Source: Raillietiella orientalis
Lineage: Eukaryota
Assembly: GCA_036172245.1 (NCBI GenBank)
Contig: JAYWIR010000072.1
Location: 310,001 to 374,000, forward strand
Reading direction: 5' to 3'
DNA length: 64,000 nucleotides
Position numbers and translations under genes: made by a program. The notes under the pieces are model-generated. The model was given only the letters and a program-made list of their open reading frames with translations. It was not told the origin of the DNA and did no database searches. Positions 24,921 to 35,932 of this stretch are shown here, one piece after another. How positions within the stretch are numbered: the first letter of the stretch is position 1; every line of letters begins with the position of its first letter.

Positions 24921-25225
24921 TGTTCACGCCCCATCAGCGCAGAAAGCCTCAGCACCAGGGGAATGAGTTCCGCCGCGAAGCACTGGAAGAACTCCTCAGG
25001 CAGACCATCCTCACCTGGCGCCTTGCGCTTCTTGAAACCCGCTATGGCGGAAGAAACTTCTTCCGCCGTGAAGGGCAAGTGAAGAGTGGCGCTTTCCTCC
25101 TCGTCGACCGCAGGGGAATCCGCCGGCGGAAGCAGCCCCGAGAGACTGCGTTCCGTCGGCTCCCTAGCATACAACGAGAATTAGAAGCGCCTTCGGAGGC
25201 AACGCACGGCGGACGCAATTGTTGT
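24921..25225 (-). mobile_element. ORF2 linker / RT start fragment
   Basis: LYAREPTERSL..KKRKAPGEDGLPEEFFQCF; very similar to 53680-53950. Confidence 0.88.
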
Positions 25226-27802
25226 CCGCTCCGTGGATAGGGAGTTTTTCTTTCCTGGTGTTCCGTGTGTGTTTCGCGGCCGTTGACAGGCAGAAATGCC
25301 TGTGAACGCCGCAGTTTCAGGTGAGGGAGGCGGGAAGACCGCGTCTCCCAAGCGAAAGGAGGTGGGATCACGCCCCACCACTTCTTCTGAACCCGCCACT
25401 ACAGCGAGGGCCTGGAGCGCGGTGGCAGCGTCGATAACACCCGATGTCGCCGCCGAAATCCAATCCTACATCCAGGAGGGCTACAATCCGGCCCTCCTGT
25501 ACAAGGTAGGCATTTTATATTCCCCGTTAAGGGCGCGAAAGTGCGGCAATGCCATCAAAAAGATGGGCATTGCCGACCATGAAATTCTTTGCCTCTCTAT
25601 ACGGAGCGGAGGGCAGTTGGCGGAGCTCATCTGCAAGGATGCAGCTCTTACCCACAAGATGCTCTGCACGCCCGTACAATTTGAGGGCAGGAATTTACTC
25701 CCACACACGGTGGACCACTCCATTGTGGTCCACCTAACAGGGACAACAGTGCGGATGGATGAGAACGCCATCCGCGCTGAACTGGAAAAATACGCAAGCG
25801 TTTTCGCGATGTGGAGAAAGCCCAACACCTTCGGAGTGAATGGTGCATTTAGTGGGCGAGTAGGCGCACGCGCGACGCTTCGAGAAAGCGTACAGCTTCC
25901 CCACAAGCTCCAAATTGGCGACGAGTTCGTCGACATTTGGTTTGTGGGGAAACCTAAGTATTCTGGAAATTGTAAGTCGTTCAAGCATTTGAAAAAGCGG
26001 TGCCCGGACGCAGTTTACCTAAAGTGCTGCGCGAATGGCCACAAAAAGTGGTGTGCCCGATGACCGTCGCTCCAACACCGGAACTTCCGCAAAAGAAGGA
26101 AGAGAAGGCACAAATAGTGATAAACCACACAAAAGGGGATCAGCCGTCGGCTCCGACAAAAGTCGCGCAGCAGGAAAGGGACTCGGTACAGGAGCTCCCG
26201 GAAAAGACTGCCTACGAGAAAGCCTGGCATCTGGTCACCCGTAAAATAAAAATCGTCAAAAAACCGCGCCCGCACCGGAGAAAGTGGTAAAGGGCAAGGG
26301 GAAGGTCGCGCCACGCCCAACAATCAAAGCGTGCAGCGTGGCCATCAAACGCGAGCCGGGGATCGATACTCGCTCCGCTGACGGATCGATGCGATGTGAC
26401 GTCACGCCAGCTGTTCAAGCCGCCGCCGCGCGAACGCCGACGCCGCGACAAAGTCGCGAGCCCAGCGTGAGCAGCGACGACCGGGACTTCAACAAGGCGG
26501 CGGAAGAGTTGGCAGCCATGCTCCAGCAGCCTCCCAAGGCCCAGAAGAAGGCCTTGAGGCGTCCGGCTGAGGCGAAAGGACCGGAGACTTCCGAGTCCGA
26601 AGCCGAAGCCGGCAACGCTCCGGCTGTCGCTCTCCCGAAGCGCAAAGCGGGCCGCAAGGTAGGCAACCCGCGGCGCTCCGCACCTCCACCGGCGGAGGAG
26701 GAAATGCGGTCGGACCACGACGACGGGGAGGCGATGTCCGCGAGGTCTCGCGACTCCTCGCCGGAGACGTCCCTGGCCAAGCAGGATCCTCCAACCACCA
26801 CCACAACCACCGACGGACCGCCTCCTTGCGAGCAACAGCCCGTCGCAATGGATACACAACTCCCGCCTGCTGAACAGCAGGCGGAGGACGGTAAGCAAAC
26901 ACCATAAACCCACCAACGCGTGGACTCTCCTCCTGCCGGCGACTGCGCGTAATCTGTTGGAACGTCAACGGGTTGCGCGACGACGGCAAGAGGAGAGAAG
27001 TGGCCGCCAGCCTGCGGGACTTCGATCTGGCGCTTCTGCAGGAGACGCACGTTCTCCACGCAGATGAGGCCCAGGAAATCTAACAGATCGCAGGCGGGCG
27101 GCTCGTATACCAAAACGGGAGAGACCACACCCGCGGTGTGGCTTTCATGCTGAAGCCAGCCATCGTTAATGCGCTGCGCGACGTGCACTTCGACGGGGAA
27201 GGTCAAATCGAGGAGCTTGTTGCCAAGTGGTCCGACGCGATCGACCTCGTCGTGACCAACGTGTACGCGCCCGGCACGAGCCTTAGGCGCGGGGAACGCA
27301 CTGCGTTCTTCGAAGGCCTGCGGCGAGATTGGCTGGCCGAAGCAGACATGCGAAAGGCGCACCTCATTGCCGGGGACTTTAACGTCCTCCTTCTGGTAGG
27401 TGCGCCCGACATTCGCGCACAGCTGGCCAACGAGATGTGCGCTGCCATGCACGCGCGCAACTTGTTGGCCGGTGACGCCGGGACGGAGACGAGGATCGAC
27501 CACATGTTCCTCGACAACCACCTGTGTTCGCGAGTGGGAAATCGAGGGGCAGTGCCATCCGAACTTTCCGACCATCTGCGGCTCGTGCTAGAAATACACC
27601 CGCGCGGTAGAGGTCCACCCTCCACAGCGTGGCGTTTTCCAGGGGACTGGTTGCGCCTCGCAGGAGCAGCGCAACATCTTAGCTCTTTCCTGCAAGGCTT
27701 TCATCTGCAGTCGCTCGCGGACTGAAACGACTTGAAGAGCTCAGACCGCGAGTTCTGCGACCAGTTTCCCCTGAACCGTCTCCCTCCAGGTTTCGGCGTT
27801 AT
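25226..27802 (+). mobile_element. 5' end, ORF1 (frameshifted) and APE, cut at PPGFG
   Basis: ORFs 25296-26063, 26000-26290 and 26284-26907; WNVNGL, LLQE, NVYAP, GDFN, IDH, SDH. Confidence 0.9.
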
Positions 27803-29903
27803 CACCCGGGTACGCCCGGGGCGTTTATTATTAGACTCTACATGCGTGGTACAAGGCCCCACCACGGCCGTAAACACAGGACCTGTCGGGACACCGAGAC
27901 GCAGCCCGGCGTGGCACTCCGCGACAGCGAAGGGGGATGGGGATAAGACAAAAAGAAAAATAAAAAGAAACAAACAAAAAGAAGTTGGAGGGCAAGGAAG
28001 GGATCACTGGTCGCTGTATGGAGGGCCCGACCGTCGAACGAAGTCCTCGAGATCAGTCTGCATATTTCCCAGTTGGGGCCATCCGGCAGCTCTTCGCAAG
28101 AGCCGTTGGGCATACGGGATGACATATCTGGCCTGTGGACCCACTTCTTCGTTGTTGGCTCCGCTCCATGCCGCCACGATGCTTCTTACTCAGCACAATG
28201 CTGCGATGGCTGCGGCTGGCTGCAGTGCGTCCTTCACGAAGAGGAGCCGAAGAACGTCTCTGGGGGTGCTGCCCGTAGGGAGCCCGAGGGTCGCCCCGAA
28301 CCGTTCTCAAAAGGGGTCGGAGGGCAGCACAATCCACAATAAGGTGGGGAAGCGACTTCCGCTCTCCGCACCTGGCACACGCAGGATCCACAGCTCCCCT
28401 CGTCCAGTGCAAGCGGCGCGCGTTGCAGGGTAGACCCCAGTGCAACAAAAGCAACGCCGACTCTTGCCACTTAAGAAGCAGGATTCTGGATTCTTTCATC
28501 ATCCGATGCCACTTCAGCTCAACCCTGGGGATGGCGAGCAGCTCGCCCCATCTTAATAATCCTCGCGGCTGGACGTTCGGGGTAGTGGCGTCGGCCAGTT
28601 CTCCTGTTGTCCAGCCGCTGATCAACTTCTCGCGTCCCTCGATGCAGCAGGAGACTTGCCACCTTCGCGTTTGGCTGCTGTGAAGTGCTCTCTTCAGGAA
28701 GGGCAGCGCCCTAGCTTGGCAGGTCGTCTCTGTCCACATGCATCTTGCTGGACTCTCCAGGAGATTCCGCAGCGTGCAGCGGGCGAAAAGGCTGCATCTA
28801 AGACGATTCCACGTTTCGTGGCTCCTCTGGTTAACCGCTGCCCACGTTTTAATATTCTCCTCCAGTCAGGCGGGGAAGTTGGCGGGGCAGCAAACCATCC
28901 AGCTGTTCCCCTTCGCCAATGTTGCCATGCGCCCGAGCAGTATAACGCATCTTCGCATCTTCCGGCCACGGCTCAGAAGAAAAGTCGCGAGTCCATCGCA
29001 CCGGGACACACGGCTGGCCAGGAGGCGGGCCGGAGTGCACCAAGGGGTGCTCCACATCTTCGCTGCGATATCGAGGGTTCGCCACCGCAGCTGCTTCTCC
29101 ACGCGCTCCAGCGTTAGGAGGCTCAGACCGCCGTCCCGACGCGGAGCGCACAAGTCCTTCAGAGCGACACGGGGCCTCCCCTTGCCCCAAAGGGCGATAC
29201 GGAGGAGGTCCTTTGTCCGCTTTTTAATTCTCTCTGTGGGGGCGCAAACAAAAAGCGGGGGGCGGAGGAGAGGAGCCGCGAAGGCGTTTCAAACCGCGGC
29301 CCGTTCCGGCAAGTGAAACATGCCTTCCAGGAACGGGCCGATCGCCGCCTAGACTTTTTGGAGGAAGCCGGACCACGCTTCCGCAGGGGAGTAGTTTCCC
29401 AACGGCACACCAAGGTACTTGAAGCACCTCGCCGTGGGGATCCCCAGACGGACCCAGTCCTGCTGCCCTGCCCACGCCGCACCTATTGGCACAACCGACG
29501 ACTTCGCCCTGTTAACCTGCAGTCCGGTCCCGCGGCTGAGCAGATCGAAGAAGTCTCCGACCGCCTTTGCCGAAGTGGTCATTGGCAACAAGAGCAGAAG
29601 ATCGTCGGCGTACGCTGCAACGGCGGGCGTGCCGGGGGACGAGCTCGGCAATGGGGCCAGAGTCACCCTGTACCCTCTCAGCAACAACTCAATCTAGGTG
29701 CTGAAGAGCAGGGGGCTCAGGCTATCTCCCTGCCTTATGCCCCGCCGCACCGGCACGCCATACACCTTTTGACTGCTGAAAGAGACGGTAATTATCGCAT
29801 TCCTCCAGCAAAAGCGCAGGTAGGAAATCAGGGAGAATGGGAAGCCCAAGCGACCCAGGAGCTCCAAGAGGAGTTCCTGGTCTACACAGTCGAACGACTT
29901 GTG
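27803..29903 (-). mobile_element. ORF2 from RT motif (HKSFDC) to 3' end (subfamily C ORF2 type)
   Basis: RRGIRQGDSLSP, AYADD, LERVEKQLRWRTL, CARCGE..HLIVDC; terminal hairpin at 27803-27829. Confidence 0.92.
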
Positions 29904-31890
29904 AGCGGGCAGACCGTGCACGGCATGCCGGTGCGGCGTGGGATCCGGCATTGAGACAGCCTGAGCCCCTTGCTCTTCAGTACCTACTTTGAGTTGGTAC
30001 TGAGAGCGTACAGGGGAACTCTGGTGCACCTGCCGCACGACTGTGTCGGTACGCCGGCCGTTTCAGCATACGCGGACGACCTTCTGCTGCTGCTCCCTAT
30101 GTCCACCCCGGCTGCGGCGGTCGAGGAGTTCTTCGACCTGCTGCAACGTGGAACTGGACTTACGGTGAACAGGGCGAAGTCGTCCGTGATGCCAGTTGGT
30201 GCGGCGTGGGCAGGGCAGCAGGACTGGGTCCGTTTGGGAATCCCCACGGTGAGGCACTTCAAGTACCTTGGTGTGCCGTTGGGGGACTACTCCCATGCGA
30301 AAGCGTGGTCCGGCTGCCTCGAAAAAGTAGAGACGGCGATCGTCCCGTTCCGAGGCGGCAGGTTTTTTCTGCCTGAACGGGCCGCGGTTTGGAACACGTC
30401 CGCGGCTCCTCTCCTCCGCCCCCTGCTTTTTGTTTTCCCCCCCCAGAGAGAGAATCAAAAAGGGGAAAAAGGACCTTCTCCGTATCGTCCTTTGGGGCAA
30501 CGGGAGGGCCCGAGTCCGCTTAAAGGACTTGTGCGCTCCTGGTCGGGATGGTGGTCTGGGCCTCCTGACACTGGAGCGGCTGGAGCTTCAGCTCCAGTTC
30601 CGCTTGTCGGCACTCGTTCCAGAGTTGTGGTGCACCTGTTGGTGCGTCCCTGCACGTCTCCTTCTCCAGCAAGCCACCGGCAAGACGGGACTGACGTCGC
30701 TTCTTGTACTCCGTCGCCGCGTCAACCGATGCGGACTCCAGCTACGGACGGTGGCTGCTCTGTATCGGAAAAACCCAGGATTGCTCACCTGTCGCCCGTT
30801 TAGCGGTAGTGCCTGGTTGCAGGAAACCGTTCGAACGTAGGGACAGTTCGGCATGCAACGTTCCCAACAGGAACAAAGTTTCCTGTTTGGGGGTTACAGA
30901 AGTTGCACGCTCCGCGAGATCCTGGAGGATCCAAAGAACTGAGTGTGGGCAGGAAGAACCCCCCTCGCTGCTGCGCTGCCATCCCTGATGGAACATCTGG
31001 ACAGCAATGTTGCGGCGAAGTGGGTGGTTACAGTAACAATCTCCGGAAAGGAGAAGAAGATAGGAGAGTGGAAGACGGGCAAGTTAACAGACGCTGCGAC
31101 CCCGAGTACGCCTCCCAATGGACGTCTGCGCTGGGGCGCGCTGCTCGATGTTCCCATTGAACATCTTGAATGGCCCCCGGTGCTCATGAACACTTCCGCC
31201 CTTCCCTTCAAATGGCAGGAGTCGGCTCTCCTGTTGCAGCACTGAAGACTCCCCAGCAACGCCCGCCGACACCACTGGACCTGGGGAGCGGTGGACCCCA
31301 ATTGCGTCAGTTGTGGGGAACGGTAGTCCCTCCCCCACCTGCTAGTGGATTGTGTTGCCCTTCGGCCCCTTTGGTTTCGCTTTGCCGCGGCCATCGGTCT
31401 CCCCGGCGGCAACCCCAGGGACGCACTGGAAGCCCTCTTCGTTGACGACGCCCTTCGGCCAGCGGCCTCGTTAGCAGCTTTGTGCTGCCTACGCGGGATC
31501 GTCACCGCTTGGAGCAAGGCTAAGGGAGGACAACGCCACCAGGGTGCCATCCAGACAGCCTCCCAGTTTTTGAGGCGGGCGTCCCGATAGTCCCACCTGG
31601 ATCCAGGAATACAAAAGGAGCTTGCCGGCATCCTGCAAAGGATGCAACGGCCCCACCAGCAACTGTGATCCCTTCCCTTACCCTCCCTACTTTTCTTTTC
31701 TTTTTTTTTTGTTTTGTTTTTCGTTTTTCCCCCTTCCTCCTGCTGCCGCGGTGGACCGAACCGATCTGCGAACCGGTGACCCGGCAGGATCTGTGTTTCT
31801 TCGTGCGTGGCTGGAGCAATGGTCGAGCGACCGCACGTCTTTGTAAATGTTTATTTTACAATAAACGCCCCGGCGTAATCCGGGTGAAAA
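29904..31890 (+). mobile_element. 5'-truncated subfamily D element flanked by a target-site duplication
   Basis: RT to 3' end AATAAACGCCCCGGCGTAATCCGGGTG-AAAA; flanks TCGAACGACTTGTG (29890-29903) and TCGAACGCTTTGTG (31891-31904). Confidence 0.92.
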
Positions 31891-32160
31891 TCGAACGCTT
31901 TGTGGAGGTCGACTGCGAGCGCTAGGGCTCACTTCCCCGCCCAAGGGTCCCTTCCCAGTCCGGCTGGAGGCCGCAATGTGGGGTTGCCGACTTTCCCTAT
32001 CCCTTTCTTTTCTCTTCTCTGCAGGTGCACCCATGTGCTTGCGAAGAAGAGGTTGGCATCCATACTTCGCCCGGGAACAGCAAAAGTCTGCTTTGGGCTA
32101 ATTACGGATTCTGCCACCTGCCCCAGACGCGAAGCCCATAGCCCTGTGATCAACTTGGCG
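31891..32160 (-). mobile_element. RT fragment (AKL to KAFD); upstream continuation of 27803-29903
   Basis: AKLITGLWASRLG..AVPGRSM..AVDLHKAFD. Confidence 0.9.
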
Positions 32161-35133
32161 TGCGGACCTGTTTTTGTAGCGCTCCTCTGCGCCTGGTGTA
32201 AAGCGGTTGATTTCGATTGTGTTTGTGTGTGAAGCATCTGCGATGTCCAATGGCAGAAATGCCTAAGGACACCGCGATGGATATAGGAGGGGGAGAGGCT
32301 TGCTCCTCTCCCCAACCCACGGAGGTGGGGGCAACCGCCCCCACGGAGGCGACGGCAGCCGTACCCCTGAAAAAGGGGGCAACCGCCGCCTCAGAAGCGA
32401 GGGCAGAGGCCCCCTTGAAAAAGGGGGCAAAAGCCCCGCTGGAACAGGGTGCAACCGCCCCCTTGAAAAAGGGGACAACCATAACCCTGGAAAAGCGCAC
32501 AACCGCCTCCTTGAAAAAGGGGGCACCTGCACCCTCGAATGCGTCTTCGGCATCGCCGAATACCTGGAGTTCAGTGGCTGCAGCCCCATCTCCTGCAGCC
32601 CTCGCCGAGCAGAAAGCCTACTTGGAGCAGGGATACGAGCCGTTTCTGTTATACAAGGTAGGCAATCTGTTTATCGGGAACACCGCTCGCAACTTCGAAA
32701 GGGAGTTGCAGTGGTTGAATGTAAAAGAGGAAGATCTGGAAGGTCTTTCCGTGTTGAGTGGTGGTCAACGGGTGGAGGTGACTTGCAGAAATGCAAGCCT
32801 TGCTCAACACCTACTGAATACGTCAAACACACTGGAAGACCGAAAGGTTTTCCCGGTAACGGAGGATCGCTCCGTGGTGACGCACCTCACGGAAGTCACC
32901 CTCCGCATGTCGAAAGCCGACGTGCAGGAGTAACTCGGAAAATACGAAACGGTTCACGCGCTATGGCCCAAGCCCTACGTCTTCCAGAGTTACGGAAGAC
33001 TGTTTAGTGGCATGGCTGGTGCGCGTGTAACCGTCCACGAAAACGGTGGGCTACCCCACAAACAAGACGTCGGCAACGAGACCGTCGACGTCTGGTACGT
33101 GGGCAAGACCAAGTACTGTGGACACTGTGATGCCACAGGGCACCTGAAAAAGCGGTGCCCTCACATCCAGTGTTTCCACTGTGGAGAGAAGATCCACCTC
33201 CGCAAAGTGTGCCCGAAGCGCGAACCCTTGGCTCCCGCTGCCTTGAAAAAGGCCAAAGGGAAACGCGCGGGGGCCACGGAAAAGCCTGCGAAGGCACCCG
33301 TGAGACGGAACCCACAGCCGGAGCCCGAGCCCGTGCAGGAAACGCCGGTCGTGGAATCCACCGACGACGCTGAAAAGAGCGAAGGCTGGCAGAAGGCGAA
33401 GCCTAAAGCCAAGAAAATTAAGAAAACCGAAGGGTCGACAGCGGAACCCGCGACGTCTCCTTTAAATAGGAGACAACGCCGCGCGTTGATCAGCGAATGT
33501 TCGGTCGCTTTGGAGCGTGTGGAGGTACCTGACACCGCCACCGGGGGAGATATCCCCCTCGTCGACGCCGACGATAACGCGATCACGCAAGGCGAACCCT
33601 CTGTGCAAACAGAGGGGGAACCGCGTGACGCGCTCGCCGCTATCGACGAGGCCGCCTTCCAGCAGGCGGCGGAAGAGCTCGCGGCCGAACTCGCCGACCG
33701 TGAGAACGGCGCGCAAAAGGCCTTGCGAAGGCCGGCCGCGACCAGGGCACCTCCGACAGGTGACCACGACCCGGATGCCGGAAGTGCGTCCTCTTCCACG
33801 TAGGCGCCTCCGAAGAACACTGGACGGAAGTTCAAGAATCCCAAGAGGCGCATCCCGACGAAGAGCGAGGGGGAAGCCGGCAGCGTGGGAACGGAGGGAG
33901 GAATTTTCCCACCCTCCGCCACCGAGCAGCGGGCCACCCCCATGGAGGAGAGGGAGCAGGTAGGGCATTGCCTCCCCCTTCCACCGGTGGAGCCTGCGGA
34001 GAAGATGGTCATGGAAGAGGGGGAGCAGACAGCTGAGAACCGCTCCCCCCTGCCGTCCAACGCAGTCAAGGAATCGGCCCCCATGGAAGAGGGGAAGCAG
34101 GTGCGTGAAGCATGCTTCCTTCAACCGTTGCGGTCCGCCGAGAAATCGGCCCCCATGGAGGTGGGAGAACCGCTAGGCGGTGCCCCCATGCCTCCATCCG
34201 TCCCGCCCGACCAGGTGGCGGGAGCATCATTGCCACTTTTCCGGGAATAACACCTGAGCTCGCCTGTCGCCGTCGATTGCGTGTGGCATGTTAAAACGTC
34301 CACAGGCTGCGCGACGACAGCAACAGACAAGACACGGCAGCCACCCTCCGTGACTTCGACCTGGCACTCCTGCAGGAGATCCACGTGATCACCGGGGAGA
34401 ACGCCCAGGAGATCGAGAGGATCGCAGGGGGGCGGCTGGTGTGGCAATGCGGCACCCGATACACCTGCGGCGTCGCGTTTTTCATGAAGCCGGCGGTCGA
34501 CGCTGGCGTGAAGGGCGTGCGCTTCGACGAAGCCGGTCGTGTCGGCCAGCTGATTCTTAGATGGTCCGACACGATCGACCTCGTCGTAACAAACGTATAC
34601 GCCCCGAGCGGTTATAACAGGTACCGGGAACGCGCGGCGTTCCTGGAAAGCCTGAAGCACGAATGACTGGTGGAAGCGAACGTGCGCGTGGCTCACCTGA
34701 TAGCGGGAGACTTCAATCTCCGCCTGCTATCAGGTGAGCTACGCACACAGGAACGGACGGCTAACGAGTTTTGCGCTGCCATGCGCACGCGCAACTTGTT
34801 AGGGGAACTCCCGGAAATGGTCAGCAGCATCGACCACGTCTTCCTGGACGTCGACCTCTGCTCGCAGGTCGGCAAACGGGAGAAAAATGCGTCGGAACTG
34901 TCTGACCATTCCAGATTGATATTCGAGGTGAGTCCGGGCGACAAGGGACCCCCGTCCAGGGCGTGGCGGTTGCCTGGGGACTGGACGCGGCTCTCAGGTG
35001 CGAAGGAACACCTTCGCGAATTCCTGAGAGGCGTCACCCTCCGCAGTCTCAAAGATTGGAACCTCTTCAAGGCCTCGGTCCGCGAGTTCTGCGAGGAGTT
35101 CCCCCTGCACCGCCTGGCTCCCGGATTTAAGGA
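32161..35133 (+). mobile_element. 5' end, ORF1 and APE (subfamily B), cut at APGF
   Basis: ORF1 pieces 32217-32933, 33012-33803 (CGHCDATGHLKKRC) and 33885-34250; APE 34270-35130. Confidence 0.92.
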
Positions 35134-35932
35134 GGACGCACCGTCAATACAACCGACACCCCGCGATCGTCTCGATCTCCTGGACGTCTGCCGCTGTGAT
35201 CACGAGGATCTTCTGCAGCAGGGCCAGGTCGAGCTCACGCAGGGTGTCGGCCGTATCTCCCCTGTTACCGTCGTCGCGCTGCCCGTTGACGTTCCAACAG
35301 GCGACGCGAATCCGACGGCGACTGGCGAGCCCAGGTGTTACTCCTGGGAAGATGGCGATGCGGCGTCCGCCACCTGTTGGGACGGGACGCTAGGTGGAGT
35401 AGGAGGGTCAGGCGCTGCGTGCACCTAGTTTCCCTCCTCCATCGGTAACGGCGCGTCGAGCGGATCACCCTCAGGTGGGGTCGCGCCTACCTGTTGGCCC
35501 TCCTCCATGGGGGCGGGCTGTTCAGGCTCGGCGACTGCAGGGAGGACTTCGCCCCCCTGCTCACCCTCCTCCATGGGGTTGGCCGGCTCGACGGCTTCCG
35601 AGCGTGGGAGTTCCCCCTCCGGGATTCCCACGCTACCGCTAGCTTCCTGCTTCTCCACCTCGCTGGTGGAGGGGAGGCGCCTCCTGGGTTTCTGGGACTT
35701 GCGTCCCGACTTCCTGGGGGGTGCCTCCGAAAAAGAGGATGCACTTCCAGCCCCCAGGTCCGACTCACCTGTGGGGGCCTTTTTCGCGGGAGCCTCCCCC
35801 ACACCTACCTCCATCGTGGTGTCCTCAGGCATCGCTGCCATCGGACACCAACGATGTTCCACACCAAACAACACAAGAAAAAAACCGCTTTCTATCGACT
35901 CACTCGGGAGCGAAGGAAACACACGTCCACTC
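35134..35932 (-). mobile_element. Subfamily C 5' end with internally deleted ORF1 and APE start
   Basis: Near-identical to 59323-59460 joined to 60715-61375. Confidence 0.9.

Noticed and set aside
26415..27575. Long antisense ORFs (386 aa here; also 54823-55974 and 33161-34084)
   Set aside because: Shadow frames of GC-rich ORF1/APE sequence, with no domain signatures and endpoints not conserved between copies
29904..31890. Twin-priming 5' inversions as the general explanation for the inverted fragments
   Set aside because: Inverted neighbours belong to different subfamilies, carry their own termini, and one insert has a TSD inside a split host
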